DNA of 64,000 bases, taken from an uncultured delta proteobacterium. Its GTDB lineage: Bacteria > Desulfobacterota > Desulfobacteria > Desulfobacterales > JAFDCJ01. This document shows positions 51,226-61,834 of this stretch, one piece after another. Numbering within the stretch: the stretch's first letter is position 1; each line of letters opens with the position of its first letter. Below the pieces are notes generated by a model. It was not told where the DNA came from. It worked only from the letters and a program-made list of their open reading frames with translations, and did no database searches. The stretch covers positions 1 to 64,000 of the forward strand of contig CAVYNY010000015.1 in the NCBI GenBank assembly GCA_963769935.1, in the 5' to 3' direction. A program made the position numbers and the translations under genes.

Positions 51226-51609
51226 TTAACCCAGCTCCTGGACCAGTTCAATGGTTATATCCTCCGGTCCTCGGAAAAAGGCAATTCTCAAGCCGGGGAT
51301 ATTTTTAGGTTCAATGAAAAACGAAAAGCCTCTCTTTTTTAAATCCCGGTAGGCCGCGTCGACGTCTTCGACCTGCAGTCCGAGGTGGTCGTAGCCGAAT
51401 CTCGCCTGGGAAGCATCGCCGACCATCATTTCATCTTCCCGGGCAACCCGCAGATTGACGGTGGTTCCCTGAAGATCGAGCGAAGCGCCGTCGGCCGTTC
51501 CGAATTTCAGACGCGCAATCAGCTCGGCCCCTAAAGCGCCGGTAAAAAAATTGATCATACCCTCCAGATCCTGGCAAATCAAATGAACGTGGTGCAAACG
51601 GTAAGTCAT
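51226..51609 (-). CDS. VOC (glyoxalase-like) family protein
   Basis: LHHVHL, DHLGLQV, GPEDITIELVQ. Confidence 0.88.
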   Translation of the reverse strand: MTYRLHHVHLICQDLEGMINFFTGALGAELIARLKFGTADGASLDLQGTTVNLRVAREDEMMVGDASQARFGYDHLGLQVEDVDAAYRDLKKRGFSFFIEPKNIPGLRIAFFRGPEDITIELVQELG

Positions 51610-51802
51610 TGTGTACCTCCTAGCCCGGACAAGCCGGAACAGCTTTTGTAATGCATTGCTACAGGAGAGGCCCTTAACACAAGGTGGACGGGGTTACAAT
51701 AGGATTCTTCCTTGACAACAATCAGCGATATTTATATATCTCCAGACGTGGCTAACAAGCAAACCGCTGATGACGCATTGTAAATATATGGAGGCGCTCG
51801 TC

Positions 51803-52573
51803 ATGAATAACTTATTCAGCCTGGAACGGAAAGTGGCTATTGTTACCGGCGGCAACGGCGGGATCGGGAAAGGAATTGCGCGGGGTCTGGCCTCCATGGG
51901 AGCCGACCTTGCCATCGTCGGCCGCAATTTGCAGAAAACCGAGGCAGCCGTCAATGAGATCAAGGAAGCGTTCGGAGTCCGGGTCGTCGGTCTGATATGC
52001 GACGTGACCGATGAAAAAGCGGTTAAACAAATGATCGGCAAAGTCCTCCAGGATTTGGGCCGCATCGATATCCTGGTAAATAATGCCGGTATCAACATTC
52101 GCAGGATGCCGCAGGATTACGAGACCTCCGAGTGGGATCAGGTGCTGGCCGGCAATCTGCGCAGCGCGTTTTTGTGCGCCAAATTCGTCTACCCGGCGAT
52201 GAAAGCCGCCGGCGGGGGAAAAATCATCAACATCGGCTCTATGACGACGATTTTCAGCGGGGCCAAGCTGGCACCCTACAGCGCCAGTAAAGGCGGCATC
52301 GTTCAGATGGCCCGCAGTTTGGCCTGCGCCTGGGCTGAGGACAACATCCAGGTCAATGCCATCCTGCCGGGCTGGATCGATACCGAACTGACCCGCCGCG
52401 CCCGCATAGACATCGAAGGCCTTCATGAAAGGGCCGCTGCCAGGACCCCCGCGGGACGCTGGGGTGAACCGCGCGATCTCGCGGGGGCTGCGATTTTTCT
52501 GGCAAGTCCGGCCTCGGATTTCATCACCGGCGTCGCCCTGCCGGTGGACGGCGGATATTCGATCAGTATTTAA
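51803..52573 (+). CDS. SDR oxidoreductase (KduD/gluconate 5-dehydrogenase-like)
   Basis: TGGNGGIG, NNAG, YSASKGG, PGWIDT. Confidence 0.88.
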   Translation: MNNLFSLERKVAIVTGGNGGIGKGIARGLASMGADLAIVGRNLQKTEAAVNEIKEAFGVRVVGLICDVTDEKAVKQMIGKVLQDLGRIDILVNNAGINIRRMPQDYETSEWDQVLAGNLRSAFLCAKFVYPAMKAAGGGKIINIGSMTTIFSGAKLAPYSASKGGIVQMARSLACAWAEDNIQVNAILPGWIDTELTRRARIDIEGLHERAAARTPAGRWGEPRDLAGAAIFLASPASDFITGVALPVDGGYSISI

Positions 52574-52608
52574 TTTAAGAACCGGTTTGCCCCATTCGAA
52601 TGCCTCCG

Positions 52609-52700
52609 GTAAAGAATCCCGACTCAGCTTCCTGCCCGGAGGCTTACAGCCCGGAGGGAGACGACCAGGTTTTCAATGTTTGACCAGGTTTTCAATGTTT
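52609..52700. repeat. Hairpin repeat copy 4 with nested mini-element (52625-52660) and 19-bp tandem duplication
   Basis: gtaaagaatccc...cagcttcctgcccggaggcttacagcccggagggag...(gaccaggttttcaatgttt)x2. Confidence 0.75.
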
Positions 52701-52748
52701 GAATAGATAGGCAGTCCCGATTCATCCGGTTCAGAAAGAAACTCTGTT

Positions 52749-53702
52749 ATGAACTCGTTAACCGTATACTTCCGCCCGCCGGAAGAATTTGTCACCCAGC
52801 TGGGCAATATTGCAGAAGAAATCGAAATAAATGTCTGCCCGAAGCGGGAAGAGCTGATACCCTGTCTGCCCCGCACGGAGATCCTGATCACGCTTTTTGC
52901 TTTTCCGGATGCGGAGCTGATCCGGTTGGCGCCCAACCTGAAATGGATTCAGGCCCTGACTGCCGGAGTTGATCTCTTTCCCTTAAATGAAATCAAAAAA
53001 CAGGGTATTATTCTTACCTGCGGCCGCGGCATACATAAAATTTACATGGCCGAGTACGCCATCGGGGCGATGATCAACCTGGCCCGCAATTTTCATCTGA
53101 TGTTCCGAAACCAGCTCAAGGGCAAATGGGACCGCTCGATTGCTCAGGACGAGATATACGGCCGGACAGCGGGTATTATCGGTCTGGGCAGCATCGGGCA
53201 GGAAATTGCCCGCAAGGCATCAATTCTGGGCATGCGGGTCATCGGTGTTAAAGATACTCCCCGGCCGCTCGAATGGGTCGATCAGGTCTATGGTCCGATG
53301 GAGATGGGTGAGGTTTTTAGACAAAGCGACTACGTCATTAATCTTTTGCCGGATACGCAAGCAACCAGAGGCCTGATCGATAAAACGTTTTTCGCCCTGA
53401 TGAATAAATCCGCCTGCTTTATCAACCTGGGCCGCGGATCCACCGTCAATCAAGCCGATCTGGTCGATGCCCTGCGGGCGAAAACGATCCGCGCCGCGGT
53501 CAGCGATGTTTACGAAGAGGAGCCGCTGCCTGCGAACAGCCCCTTGTGGCAATTGGAGAATGCGATTCTCACCCCGCATATGGCCGGCGTCTCACCGCAG
53601 TATCTCCAGCGGGCAATGGATATTATCCGGCACAATCTTAACGTCTACCTCAGCCGTTCGGGGCAGATGATCAACGTCGTCGATCCGGCGAAGGGGTATT
53701 GA
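52749..53702 (+). CDS. D-2-hydroxyacid dehydrogenase
   Basis: AGVD, GLGSIG, INLGRG, EPLP, TPHMAG. Confidence 0.9.
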   Translation: MNSLTVYFRPPEEFVTQLGNIAEEIEINVCPKREELIPCLPRTEILITLFAFPDAELIRLAPNLKWIQALTAGVDLFPLNEIKKQGIILTCGRGIHKIYMAEYAIGAMINLARNFHLMFRNQLKGKWDRSIAQDEIYGRTAGIIGLGSIGQEIARKASILGMRVIGVKDTPRPLEWVDQVYGPMEMGEVFRQSDYVINLLPDTQATRGLIDKTFFALMNKSACFINLGRGSTVNQADLVDALRAKTIRAAVSDVYEEEPLPANSPLWQLENAILTPHMAGVSPQYLQRAMDIIRHNLNVYLSRSGQMINVVDPAKGY

Positions 53703-53711
53703 AGCAAAGGA

Positions 53712-56700
53712 TTACTTCCCGGTCGTTCTCTTGTCGGGATGAAACAAGGAATAGACGGCCGGGATAAGCACCAGGGTAATCAGCGTCGATCCGGTAAGGC
53801 CGCCGACAACCGCACGTGCCAGCGGGGCCTGGGCCTCGGATCCCTCGCCCATGCCCAGCGCCAGCGGCATCAGGCCGAGGATCGTGGTCAAGGTCGTCAT
53901 CAGAATCGGCCGCAATCTGCGGCGACCGGCCTCAACCAAAGCATCGCGGGTGGGCATCCCGTCCTCAATCAGGCGACCGGCCTGGTCCACCAGAAGAATC
54001 GCGTTGTTGACCACGATCCCTCCCAGCATAATACAGCCGATATAGGACTGTATATTCAGCGTCGTCTTGGTAATAAACAATGTCACCAGCACGCCGACCG
54101 CCGCCAGAGGAACCGAAAACATAACAACCAGCGGATCGCGCAGCGATTCATATTGACAGGCCAGCACCATATAAACGAGGACCAGCGCCAGCACGAGAGA
54201 GATGACCAGTTCCCGGAAGGCCTTCTGCTGTTCTTCGAAACTGCCGGCGACCGTCAGATCGTAGCCGACGGGGCGTGGAATCTGATCCAGCAGCGCCTGC
54301 ACGTCAAGGGCCACGGATCCCAGATCGCGCCCCGCCACGTTGGCGCTGACCGTCACCCGGCGCTGCTGGTCTTTGCGGTCGATCAGAATCGGTCCGCGGC
54401 TCGACTCAGAAGCGACGACATTGCGCAAGCGCTACCTTTTCGCCGGATGCCGTTGTCAGCGTGAGGTTGAGAATTTCGTCCAGGGAGCGCTTCTCGGCAT
54501 CCTTGAGCTGCAGCAAAATGCGGTAGGAATTGCCCCCCGTCCGGTACTCGCCGGCTTTGGAACCGGCCACCGCGGTCTGCAGGAGCTCGGTGACGTTGCG
54601 AACGCTCAAACCGAGATCGGAGACTTTGTCGCGGTTTACGCGGATTTCCTGCTGGGGGATACCGGCTTCGAGACTGGTTTGAACGTCCGTGATGCCCGGT
54701 ACATCCGCAATCAGCTTTGCAGCGCGCCCGGCCAGCGCGTCGAGGGTGGCAAACTCGTGGCCGCGGATCTCGATGGTCAGCCCCTCGTCGCCGCCCAGCA
54801 GTCGTTCCAGCAGAAATTGACCCTGCGGGGCCCGGACACGGATCTCCATGCCGGGAATCTTACCGTCCAAACGGTGCCGCAGGTCCTGGGCGATTGCCAA
54901 ATTGGAGCGTTTGCGCTCGGCGGCCGGCAGCAAAGACAGGCGTATTTCCCCTTCTGAGCCCGCATCGGGCCGCCAGCCGGTAGAGCCGACACTGACCACC
55001 GACGATTCTGTTTCGGGCACGGCCGGTTGAATAATCTGTTCCATTATCCGAGTCTGCCGATCGACCAGGTCGAGGCGGGTGCCGATTTCCATCTTGCCGG
55101 TTACGCGAACCTCGCCCTCATCACTGGGAGGCAGAAATTCAGTGCCGATCAGGGGCAGAAGCAGCAGACTGGCGCCGAGCACAGCCGCCGCCGTAAAGAC
55201 GGTTGCCAACCGATGGCCCAAGACCCAGCGCAGCAAATCCAGGTAAGCGTTCTCGAGACCCTTGAAGACGGCAGTGGCGGCCGCGGCCCAGCGGTTCGTT
55301 CGAGCCGCCGGCTCCTTGGGCCGCTGTCGGCCTGACGTCAGAAGCCTGGACGCCAGCATGGGCACCAGACTCAGCGCCACCATCAGCGAACAGATCAAAG
55401 AAAAGATGATCACGTACGCCAGCTCCCTGAATAGGATGGCCGAAACGCCGCGCACGAAAATCAACGGCAGAAAAATTACCAGCGTGGTTATGGTGCTGGC
55501 GATGATGGCCGTCCCGACCTCCCGGGCGCCTTCCACCGATGCCTTCTCCGGCGCCTCGCCCATCTCACTGCGGCGGCGGAAGATATTTTCGAGCACGACG
55601 ATGGAGCTGTCGACCATCATGCCCACCCCGAGGGCCAGTCCGCCCAGGGTCATCAGATTGAGCGTAAAACCCCCGAAGTATATCAACGCAAACGTGGTCA
55701 CGATTGAGATCGGGATCGACAGGGAAATCACCAGCGTGCTGCGGATGCTGCCCAGGAAAAACAGCAAAACCACGATTGCCAGCCCACCCCCGTAAAGCAC
55801 CGAGCGGGCAACGTTGGCGATGGACCGCTCGATGAAGTTGCCCGTGTTGATGACCGGGACGATGTGGACCTGAGGAAAGGCCTGGTTGACTGCGTCGATT
55901 TCAGCCAGGACGCGTTTGGACACTTCGACCGTATTGGCATTGGCCTGTTTGCGAATACCGATACGCAGTCCGCGATCGCCGTTGACGCGCACGATGCGCG
56001 TCAGCTTCTCATAAGTGTCTTTAACCTCGGCGATTTGACCCAGCGTGATGGCGGCACCATCACGCTGGGCGATGACCGTATCTCGAATCTGATCGAGGTT
56101 GATAAATTCGGCCGGTGCGCGCAGCGTGACTTCATAGCGTCCCTGTTCAATCTTGCCGGCCGGAAGATCGAGGTTGGCATCGCTGATAGCGTCGAGCACC
56201 CCGTCCAGCGGCAGGCCCACGGCCTTGATCCGGTCGGGATCCAGTTCAATTCGGACCTCGCGGTTGAAGCCGCCGAACACGTCTACCTGGGCCACACCCG
56301 GAATGCGGGCGAAGCGGTAGCGGATCTGATTTTCTATAATTTCGGTGAGTTCCACGGGATCGAGATTGCTGGAAACTCCCAATATCACCACCGGAAAGCT
56401 GGCGATGTCGAATTTTCGGATGCGGGGTCGGACGACATCTTCCGGCAGCTCATCGATCTCGTCTTCGAGTTTGCCCTGCACGTCAATCGCTGCCGTGTCG
56501 ATTTCCGTGCCCCACACGAAGCTGACCCGCACCGTGCTTTGGCCCTCGGAGGAAGTGGATGTGATTTGCTCCACCCCGGGCACCGTCGCCACGATCTCTT
56601 CGATAATCTGCGTCACCAGCCGCTCCATGACCTCGGGACTGGCGCCCTCGTATTCGGTTCGGATGGACAGCGTCGGCAGTTCGATGTTGGGCAGCATATC

Positions 56701-56802
56701 GATCTGCAGCCTGCTGAGAGAAACGGCGCCGAGCAGGACCAGGATCAGGGTTACCATGGTCGTAAAAATCGGGCGCTTGACGCTGAAACCCGGTAGATTC
56801 AT
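53712..56802 (-). CDS. RND (AcrB/AcrD/AcrF) permease, frameshift near 54430
   Basis: [36 protein letters not shown]. Confidence 0.92.
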
Positions 56803-58013
56803 TGAGATTCAGCCCTTTCACGGCCGGCAGCGGTTTGGTTTTGCCCGGCGGCGATCGTGATCGGGGAGCCGTCGCTCACCAGTTGCTGCCCCAGGGTTAC
56901 GACCCGACCCGACAGCCCCTCGCCTTCCACCTGCACCCGATCGCCGTCGCGGATGCCCACCTTTACTTCGCGCCAGACGACCGATCGTTCATCCTCACCG
57001 ATGATGAAAACACCGCTTTTGTCGTCACGTTTGGTCAAGGCCTGCTCCGGGACGATGGTGGCCTCCGGCACCCGGGCCAATACCACTGTGGCCCTGATGA
57101 ACATGCCGGGCTTGAGTCGATGCCGGGGATTGTCGATGGTCATTTCGATCCGCGCCTGCCGGGTGGACTTGCGGAAGACGGGGGCAATGCGATCGATGCG
57201 GCCGGTAAACTGTTCGCCCGGATAGGCGTCCGTGGTCAACGCAACGAACTGTCCGGGTTTCAAGTTGGCGTAGTCACTCTCGGTGACGAAAACCACTCCC
57301 ACGATGGGGTTCAGGTCGACGATCAGGAGCAGCGGGGCGTTGGCAGCCACGGTCTGGCCTTCGTCTACATAGCGCTCGGCCACAACGCGATCCTCGTCGC
57401 CGCCGGTCCAGCCGGCAGTTACCTTGGTATAGCCGAGCCGGATATTGGCGGTTTCCAGCGATGATTCGGCCTTGGTAACCTGGGCCGCCGCGACTTTAAG
57501 CTGCGCCTGTTTTGCCAATTGATCCTGCCGGGCGGCATCGAATTCGGAATCGGATGCGATCCCGCGCTTTAAAAGTGACTCGGTGCGTTTAAACTCGCGA
57601 TTGGCCATTTCCAGGTCGCTCGTGGCCTTGGAGAGATTGGCCCTGGCCACTTCCAGATCGGCCTGGGCCTGGGCAACCGCCTGGATATATTCATCATTGT
57701 CCAGCTCGGCCACGACCTGACCGCGCCGTACCGTATCGGCGATATTTACGATCACACGCTCCACGCGGCCGCTTACTTTCGGGGCAACAACGAACTCGGC
57801 CAGAGCTTCCAATTCCCCGCTGAATGTCCGCTGCAACGCGATCGGCCCGTGCTGGATCCGAGCCGCCTCCACCGGCACCGGTCGTACAACCTTAGCGCTT
57901 TTGCTTGCGTCGGCCTGCTCCTGCAGTCGATCGAAAACTACCCAGCCCACTCCCGCCGCGGCTCCAATCAGAAGAACCGTCACAATAAAAATTCTCGGGC
58001 CGCCCGATTTCAT
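56799..58013 (-). CDS. RND periplasmic adaptor (MFP)
   Basis: N-terminal TM, SGRV lipoyl half, coiled coil, LKPGMF. Confidence 0.9.
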   Translation of the reverse strand: MKSGGPRIFIVTVLLIGAAAGVGWVVFDRLQEQADASKSAKVVRPVPVEAARIQHGPIALQRTFSGELEALAEFVVAPKVSGRVERVIVNIADTVRRGQVVAELDNDEYIQAVAQAQADLEVARANLSKATSDLEMANREFKRTESLLKRGIASDSEFDAARQDQLAKQAQLKVAAAQVTKAESSLETANIRLGYTKVTAGWTGGDEDRVVAERYVDEGQTVAANAPLLLIVDLNPIVGVVFVTESDYANLKPGQFVALTTDAYPGEQFTGRIDRIAPVFRKSTRQARIEMTIDNPRHRLKPGMFIRATVVLARVPEATIVPEQALTKRDDKSGVFIIGEDERSVVWREVKVGIRDGDRVQVEGEGLSGRVVTLGQQLVSDGSPITIAAGQNQTAAGRERAESQ

Positions 58014-58242
58014 GGTAAAATACCTTTTTGGTTGTCCTTAAAATTTGACACTGCCGAAAATATGTGCGGTTTCACCCGGCACAAAGTATTAATATTGCAC
58101 TTTCAGGGCTGATTTTGCAATGAAAAAATGGGTTGTCATCATGAAGCAAAAAACTATATAGTCTGCCAGGCACGTTCTAAAACTTAAAAATCGGAGCAAA
58201 GTTGCCGCCATCGGGCGGGATAGGGATTCGTGGGGATCTGAT

Positions 58243-59880
58243 ATGATGTTGGCAAGATGTTATCATCATCTGGCGGAATTATTTGTCATGGGCGCGTTGC
58301 TGCTTGCGGCGGCATCCTGTACGCTGGTCGAAAACCGGATTGACCGCACGGCGGGAGGGCCGAATGTGCCGGCCGATACAGTGGTGCAGATGCGTCCGCA
58401 GCCGGACGAGCAACCTGCCGAGATTACAGCGCGCAAGCTGCCGCCGGGGCCGTTGAAAGTCACCGTCACCGAGGCCATTTTGCTTTGCCTTGAAAACAAC
58501 CGCTCGCTGGTGGTGGAAAGATTGAATCCCTCGATCCAGCAAACCTTTGAGGACCAGGAAAGAGCTGTTTTTGATCCGTCCATCAACGCGGATATCACCG
58601 CCGGCAGGGTAAAAGGCGAACGCCTCGCAAGAACCGGATCTGAAACGGAGGATTTCACCACCGATACCGCTGAAGGCAATATATCTCTATCACAATATTT
58701 TCCGACCGGCACGACGGTTGCCCTGGACGCCGATACGATAATAGATGACTCCTCCCTTTACCAGGACAACTTTTATTCAACCCGCCTGGGCATGACGGTT
58801 ACCCAGGCGCTGCTGAGAGGCTATGGAACGGGTGTGAATCTGGCCCAACTGCAGCAGGCCCGCCTGGATACGCGCATGTCGGAATATGAGCTGCGGGGTT
58901 TTACCGAGTCTCTGGTGGCGGAGGTAGAAAGTACTTACTGGGACTATGCGCTGGCCCGACGTCAGATCGAAATTGTCGAGGAGTCCCTTAAAGTCGCCCA
59001 CCAGCAGCTCAGCGAAACCCAGGAACTGATCACCGTCGGCCGCCTGGCCAAAGCAGAATTGCCGGCCGTTCAGGCTGAGGTTGCCTCCCAGGAGCAGGCG
59101 CTCATCGAAGCACGGGCCGCCAGGGAAACCATCCGCCTGCAGCTGCTGCGGCTGCTCAATCCTGCGGGGCCAGGAATCTGGCAGCGGGAGGTTGATTTAA
59201 TCTATCAGCCGACCCTGCCCGAAATCAAGCTGGCAGACGTTGAGCAGCACGTGGCCGTATCGATGCGCCTGCAGCCGATTTTAAACGAGGCCCGGCTGGA
59301 GATATTAAGCGGCGATCTGGAGCTTGTCAAAACCCGGAACGGACTGCTGCCCTTAATGGATCTTTTCATCGCGCTGGGCAAAAGCGGATACGCCAATTCC
59401 TTCGGCGAATCAATTCGCAATCTCGACAAAGACAATTATGACGCGCTGGCGGGCGTCAGATTCAACTACCCTATTTTTAATCGGGATGCAAAAGCGGTAC
59501 ACCGGCGAGCGCTGTTGAGCCGGGATCAGTCTCAAAAAGCGCTGGAAAACCTTTCCCAGCTTGTGGAAGTCGACGTCCGCACGGCCTACATCTATGTCAA
59601 CAGCACCAAGCAGCAGATTGGCGCTTCAGCCGTCACGCGCAAGTTCGACGAGGAAAAACTGCGGAATGAAATCGAAAAACTACGGGTGGGCAAATCGACC
59701 AGCTTCCTGGTGGCCCAGGCGCAGCGGGATCTGCTGGTCAGCCGGATCGCTGAAGTGCGGGCCCTGGCCAATTACCTCAAGGCGTTGATCGATCTTTACC
59801 GCCAGGACGGATCGCTGCTCGAGCGCCGCAGAATTTCCGCCCCCGGACGTGAACCGGTCCAACTTTCAAAACAGGAATAG
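58243..59880 (+). CDS. TolC family outer membrane efflux protein
   Basis: Lipobox-like AASC; LENNRSL, YWDY, LLP, G-ST-F-V-QAQ patterns. Confidence 0.88.
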   Translation: MMLARCYHHLAELFVMGALLLAAASCTLVENRIDRTAGGPNVPADTVVQMRPQPDEQPAEITARKLPPGPLKVTVTEAILLCLENNRSLVVERLNPSIQQTFEDQERAVFDPSINADITAGRVKGERLARTGSETEDFTTDTAEGNISLSQYFPTGTTVALDADTIIDDSSLYQDNFYSTRLGMTVTQALLRGYGTGVNLAQLQQARLDTRMSEYELRGFTESLVAEVESTYWDYALARRQIEIVEESLKVAHQQLSETQELITVGRLAKAELPAVQAEVASQEQALIEARAARETIRLQLLRLLNPAGPGIWQREVDLIYQPTLPEIKLADVEQHVAVSMRLQPILNEARLEILSGDLELVKTRNGLLPLMDLFIALGKSGYANSFGESIRNLDKDNYDALAGVRFNYPIFNRDAKAVHRRALLSRDQSQKALENLSQLVEVDVRTAYIYVNSTKQQIGASAVTRKFDEEKLRNEIEKLRVGKSTSFLVAQAQRDLLVSRIAEVRALANYLKALIDLYRQDGSLLERRRISAPGREPVQLSKQE

Positions 59881-59992
59881 CTTCGATTAACACAAAAAAT
59901 CCCTAAAATCGTATCAGAGCGGAATCATATGAAACTTCATCTAATCTGAAGGGACGTTCACCGGGACACGCGCTGCTGGAAATCGGACATGC

Positions 59993-61459
59993 TCACGGGG
60001 AATCCGGTGCTGATAGTCGATTCACCAAACGGCTATAGCCGACCAGAGCGGCCATGGCCCGGGCCGCCCGCTCCGGTGACGGCAGAACCACGATGTTCTG
60101 TTCCAACAGCTTTTGGACAAACGGATTGTCCGGACTTTGAAAGGTGAAACCGATCAGCGGTTTTTGATGCCGTTCAAGCAGGTTCGCCACGGAAGCAGCC
60201 TCATCCCTGAAGAGCTTGTCAATTAACTTCGGCATATCGCCTTCGGAAATTCCCATACTTTCCATGTTGCGCCGCACGATTTGAGCGGGCGTTAAAAAAT
60301 AAACCAGCATGCCGTGCGCCCTGTCTTCCGACAGGAGAGCATCGGGAATGGCGCCGAAAAAATCCATCTGATTTTTAGAGAAGGTCAGGTCGACCGGGTT
60401 GTTGAGACTGCCGGTGTGGGGCACCAGGGGCGCAAGTTTAGCCGATGTTTTTTCTGACAACGGCGGCAGATCCAGGCCTGCCCGGCTGCAGGCGTCGGCG
60501 GCGGCGGCGCCGGGTCCGCCGGAATGGGTCTGAATGATCACGCCGTTGCCCTGCGGTCGTTTACAAGCCCCCAGCACCCAGCAGAAGTCAAAAAGTTCAG
60601 GAATCGAGTGGGCCCGTATGATGCCGCTTTGGCGGAACACCCCGTCATAAAGCGCATCCGGACCGGCCAGGGCGCCGGTATGGGAAAAACTTGCCCGCTT
60701 GCCGGCTTCGGATCCGCCGGCGTAATAGGCGACAATGGGTTTGCGGGGGACAATGGAGCGGGCAAGTTCGATAAAAGTCCGGCCTCTGCGGATGGTCTCA
60801 ATGTAAAGCGCAATCACCCTGGTGTGCGGACAGACCGCCAGGTATTCCAGCGCGTCGACGATGTCCACATCGGCTTCATTGCCCACACTGATGCCGGTGG
60901 AAAAACCCAGCTGGAATCGGCTCAGGTAGTCAAACATCTGGGTGATGAAGCTGCCGCTCTGGGAGGCCAGTCCGATAAAACCCGGCCGGCCTTCAAAGGG
61001 CAAAAAAGTTACGTTGAATTTATGATGCGGATTGGCGACCCCCAGGCAGTTCGGACCCAGAAAGCGGATGCCGAATTTTTGGGCGGCGGCCAGCAGTTTT
61101 TTTTCAAGCGCCGGGCCTTCCCCGCCGACTTCCTTGAACCCGCCGGATACCACAATTGCATTCCGGATGCCCTTTTGACCGCAGTCTTCCATCGTCTGCA
61201 GCACGATCCGGGTAGGCAGCACCATCACCGCCAGATCGGGAATCGCCGGCAATTCCCGAACGCTCGGATAGGCTTTCAGATTTAAAACCTGCTTTTCCTG
61301 CGGATGAATCGGATAGATTGGCCCCTCAAATCCCAGCGACTTGAGCGAACTGAGTTGATTGGTGCCCATGGAGGTAAATCGGTTGGACGCACCGAAAAAG
61401 GCAATGCTGCGGGGGTTGACGATAGGATAGAGCGGACTGTCTTTGATATTCGAGATCAT
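59993..61459 (-). CDS. ADP-forming acyl-CoA synthetase alpha-type subunit (CoA-binding)
   Basis: GASN, GPNCLG, SQSG, GNEAD, SHTGALAG, NPVDL; no ATP-grasp domain. Confidence 0.88.
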   Translation of the reverse strand: MISNIKDSPLYPIVNPRSIAFFGASNRFTSMGTNQLSSLKSLGFEGPIYPIHPQEKQVLNLKAYPSVRELPAIPDLAVMVLPTRIVLQTMEDCGQKGIRNAIVVSGGFKEVGGEGPALEKKLLAAAQKFGIRFLGPNCLGVANPHHKFNVTFLPFEGRPGFIGLASQSGSFITQMFDYLSRFQLGFSTGISVGNEADVDIVDALEYLAVCPHTRVIALYIETIRRGRTFIELARSIVPRKPIVAYYAGGSEAGKRASFSHTGALAGPDALYDGVFRQSGIIRAHSIPELFDFCWVLGACKRPQGNGVIIQTHSGGPGAAAADACSRAGLDLPPLSEKTSAKLAPLVPHTGSLNNPVDLTFSKNQMDFFGAIPDALLSEDRAHGMLVYFLTPAQIVRRNMESMGISEGDMPKLIDKLFRDEAASVANLLERHQKPLIGFTFQSPDNPFVQKLLEQNIVVLPSPERAARAMAALVGYSRLVNRLSAPDSP

Positions 61460-61535
61460 TGTGTCCCCACAAATTATTTTTTGGCAAAAAATTTAAAAAC
61501 TTGCCTCTACCAAATTCATTGAAACCAAATGATAA

Positions 61536-61750
61536 AATCCCAAATTTGACACGACTGAGCTCGTCGCAGGCCAAATACCGATGCTGTAAATTCCAAGCAC
61601 CAAATTCCAAATAAATTTCAAATCCCAATACTCAATGACCAAAATTTTTGGTGCGCACTGAAGTGGATTGACCGCTGGTAGTTGTTTGGAATTTCGGATT
61701 TTGGTAGTTGAGTTTTATTTGTTATTTGGGTTTTGTTATTTGGGATTTTC
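61536..61750. repeat. Inverted heptamer-like arrays (AAATYCC family)
   Basis: aaattccaagcaccaaattccaaataaatttcaaatccc... paired with ...tttgttatttgggttttgttatttgggatttt. Confidence 0.65.
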
Positions 61751-61834
61751 AATATTGGAGCTGGCTTCATGATGTTATCACTGGAATCCGTAACGAGAAT
61801 ATGCTGAGTTTAGGCTGGGAATAGACCTAACACA

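Noticed and set aside
52663..52700. Direct repeat as a CRISPR array
   Set aside because: Two adjacent 19-bp copies with no spacer and no cas genes; simple tandem duplication
54406..54440. Programmed frameshift or natural split of the RND gene
   Set aside because: No clear slippery site with a stimulator; same pattern as the other single-base indels in the window
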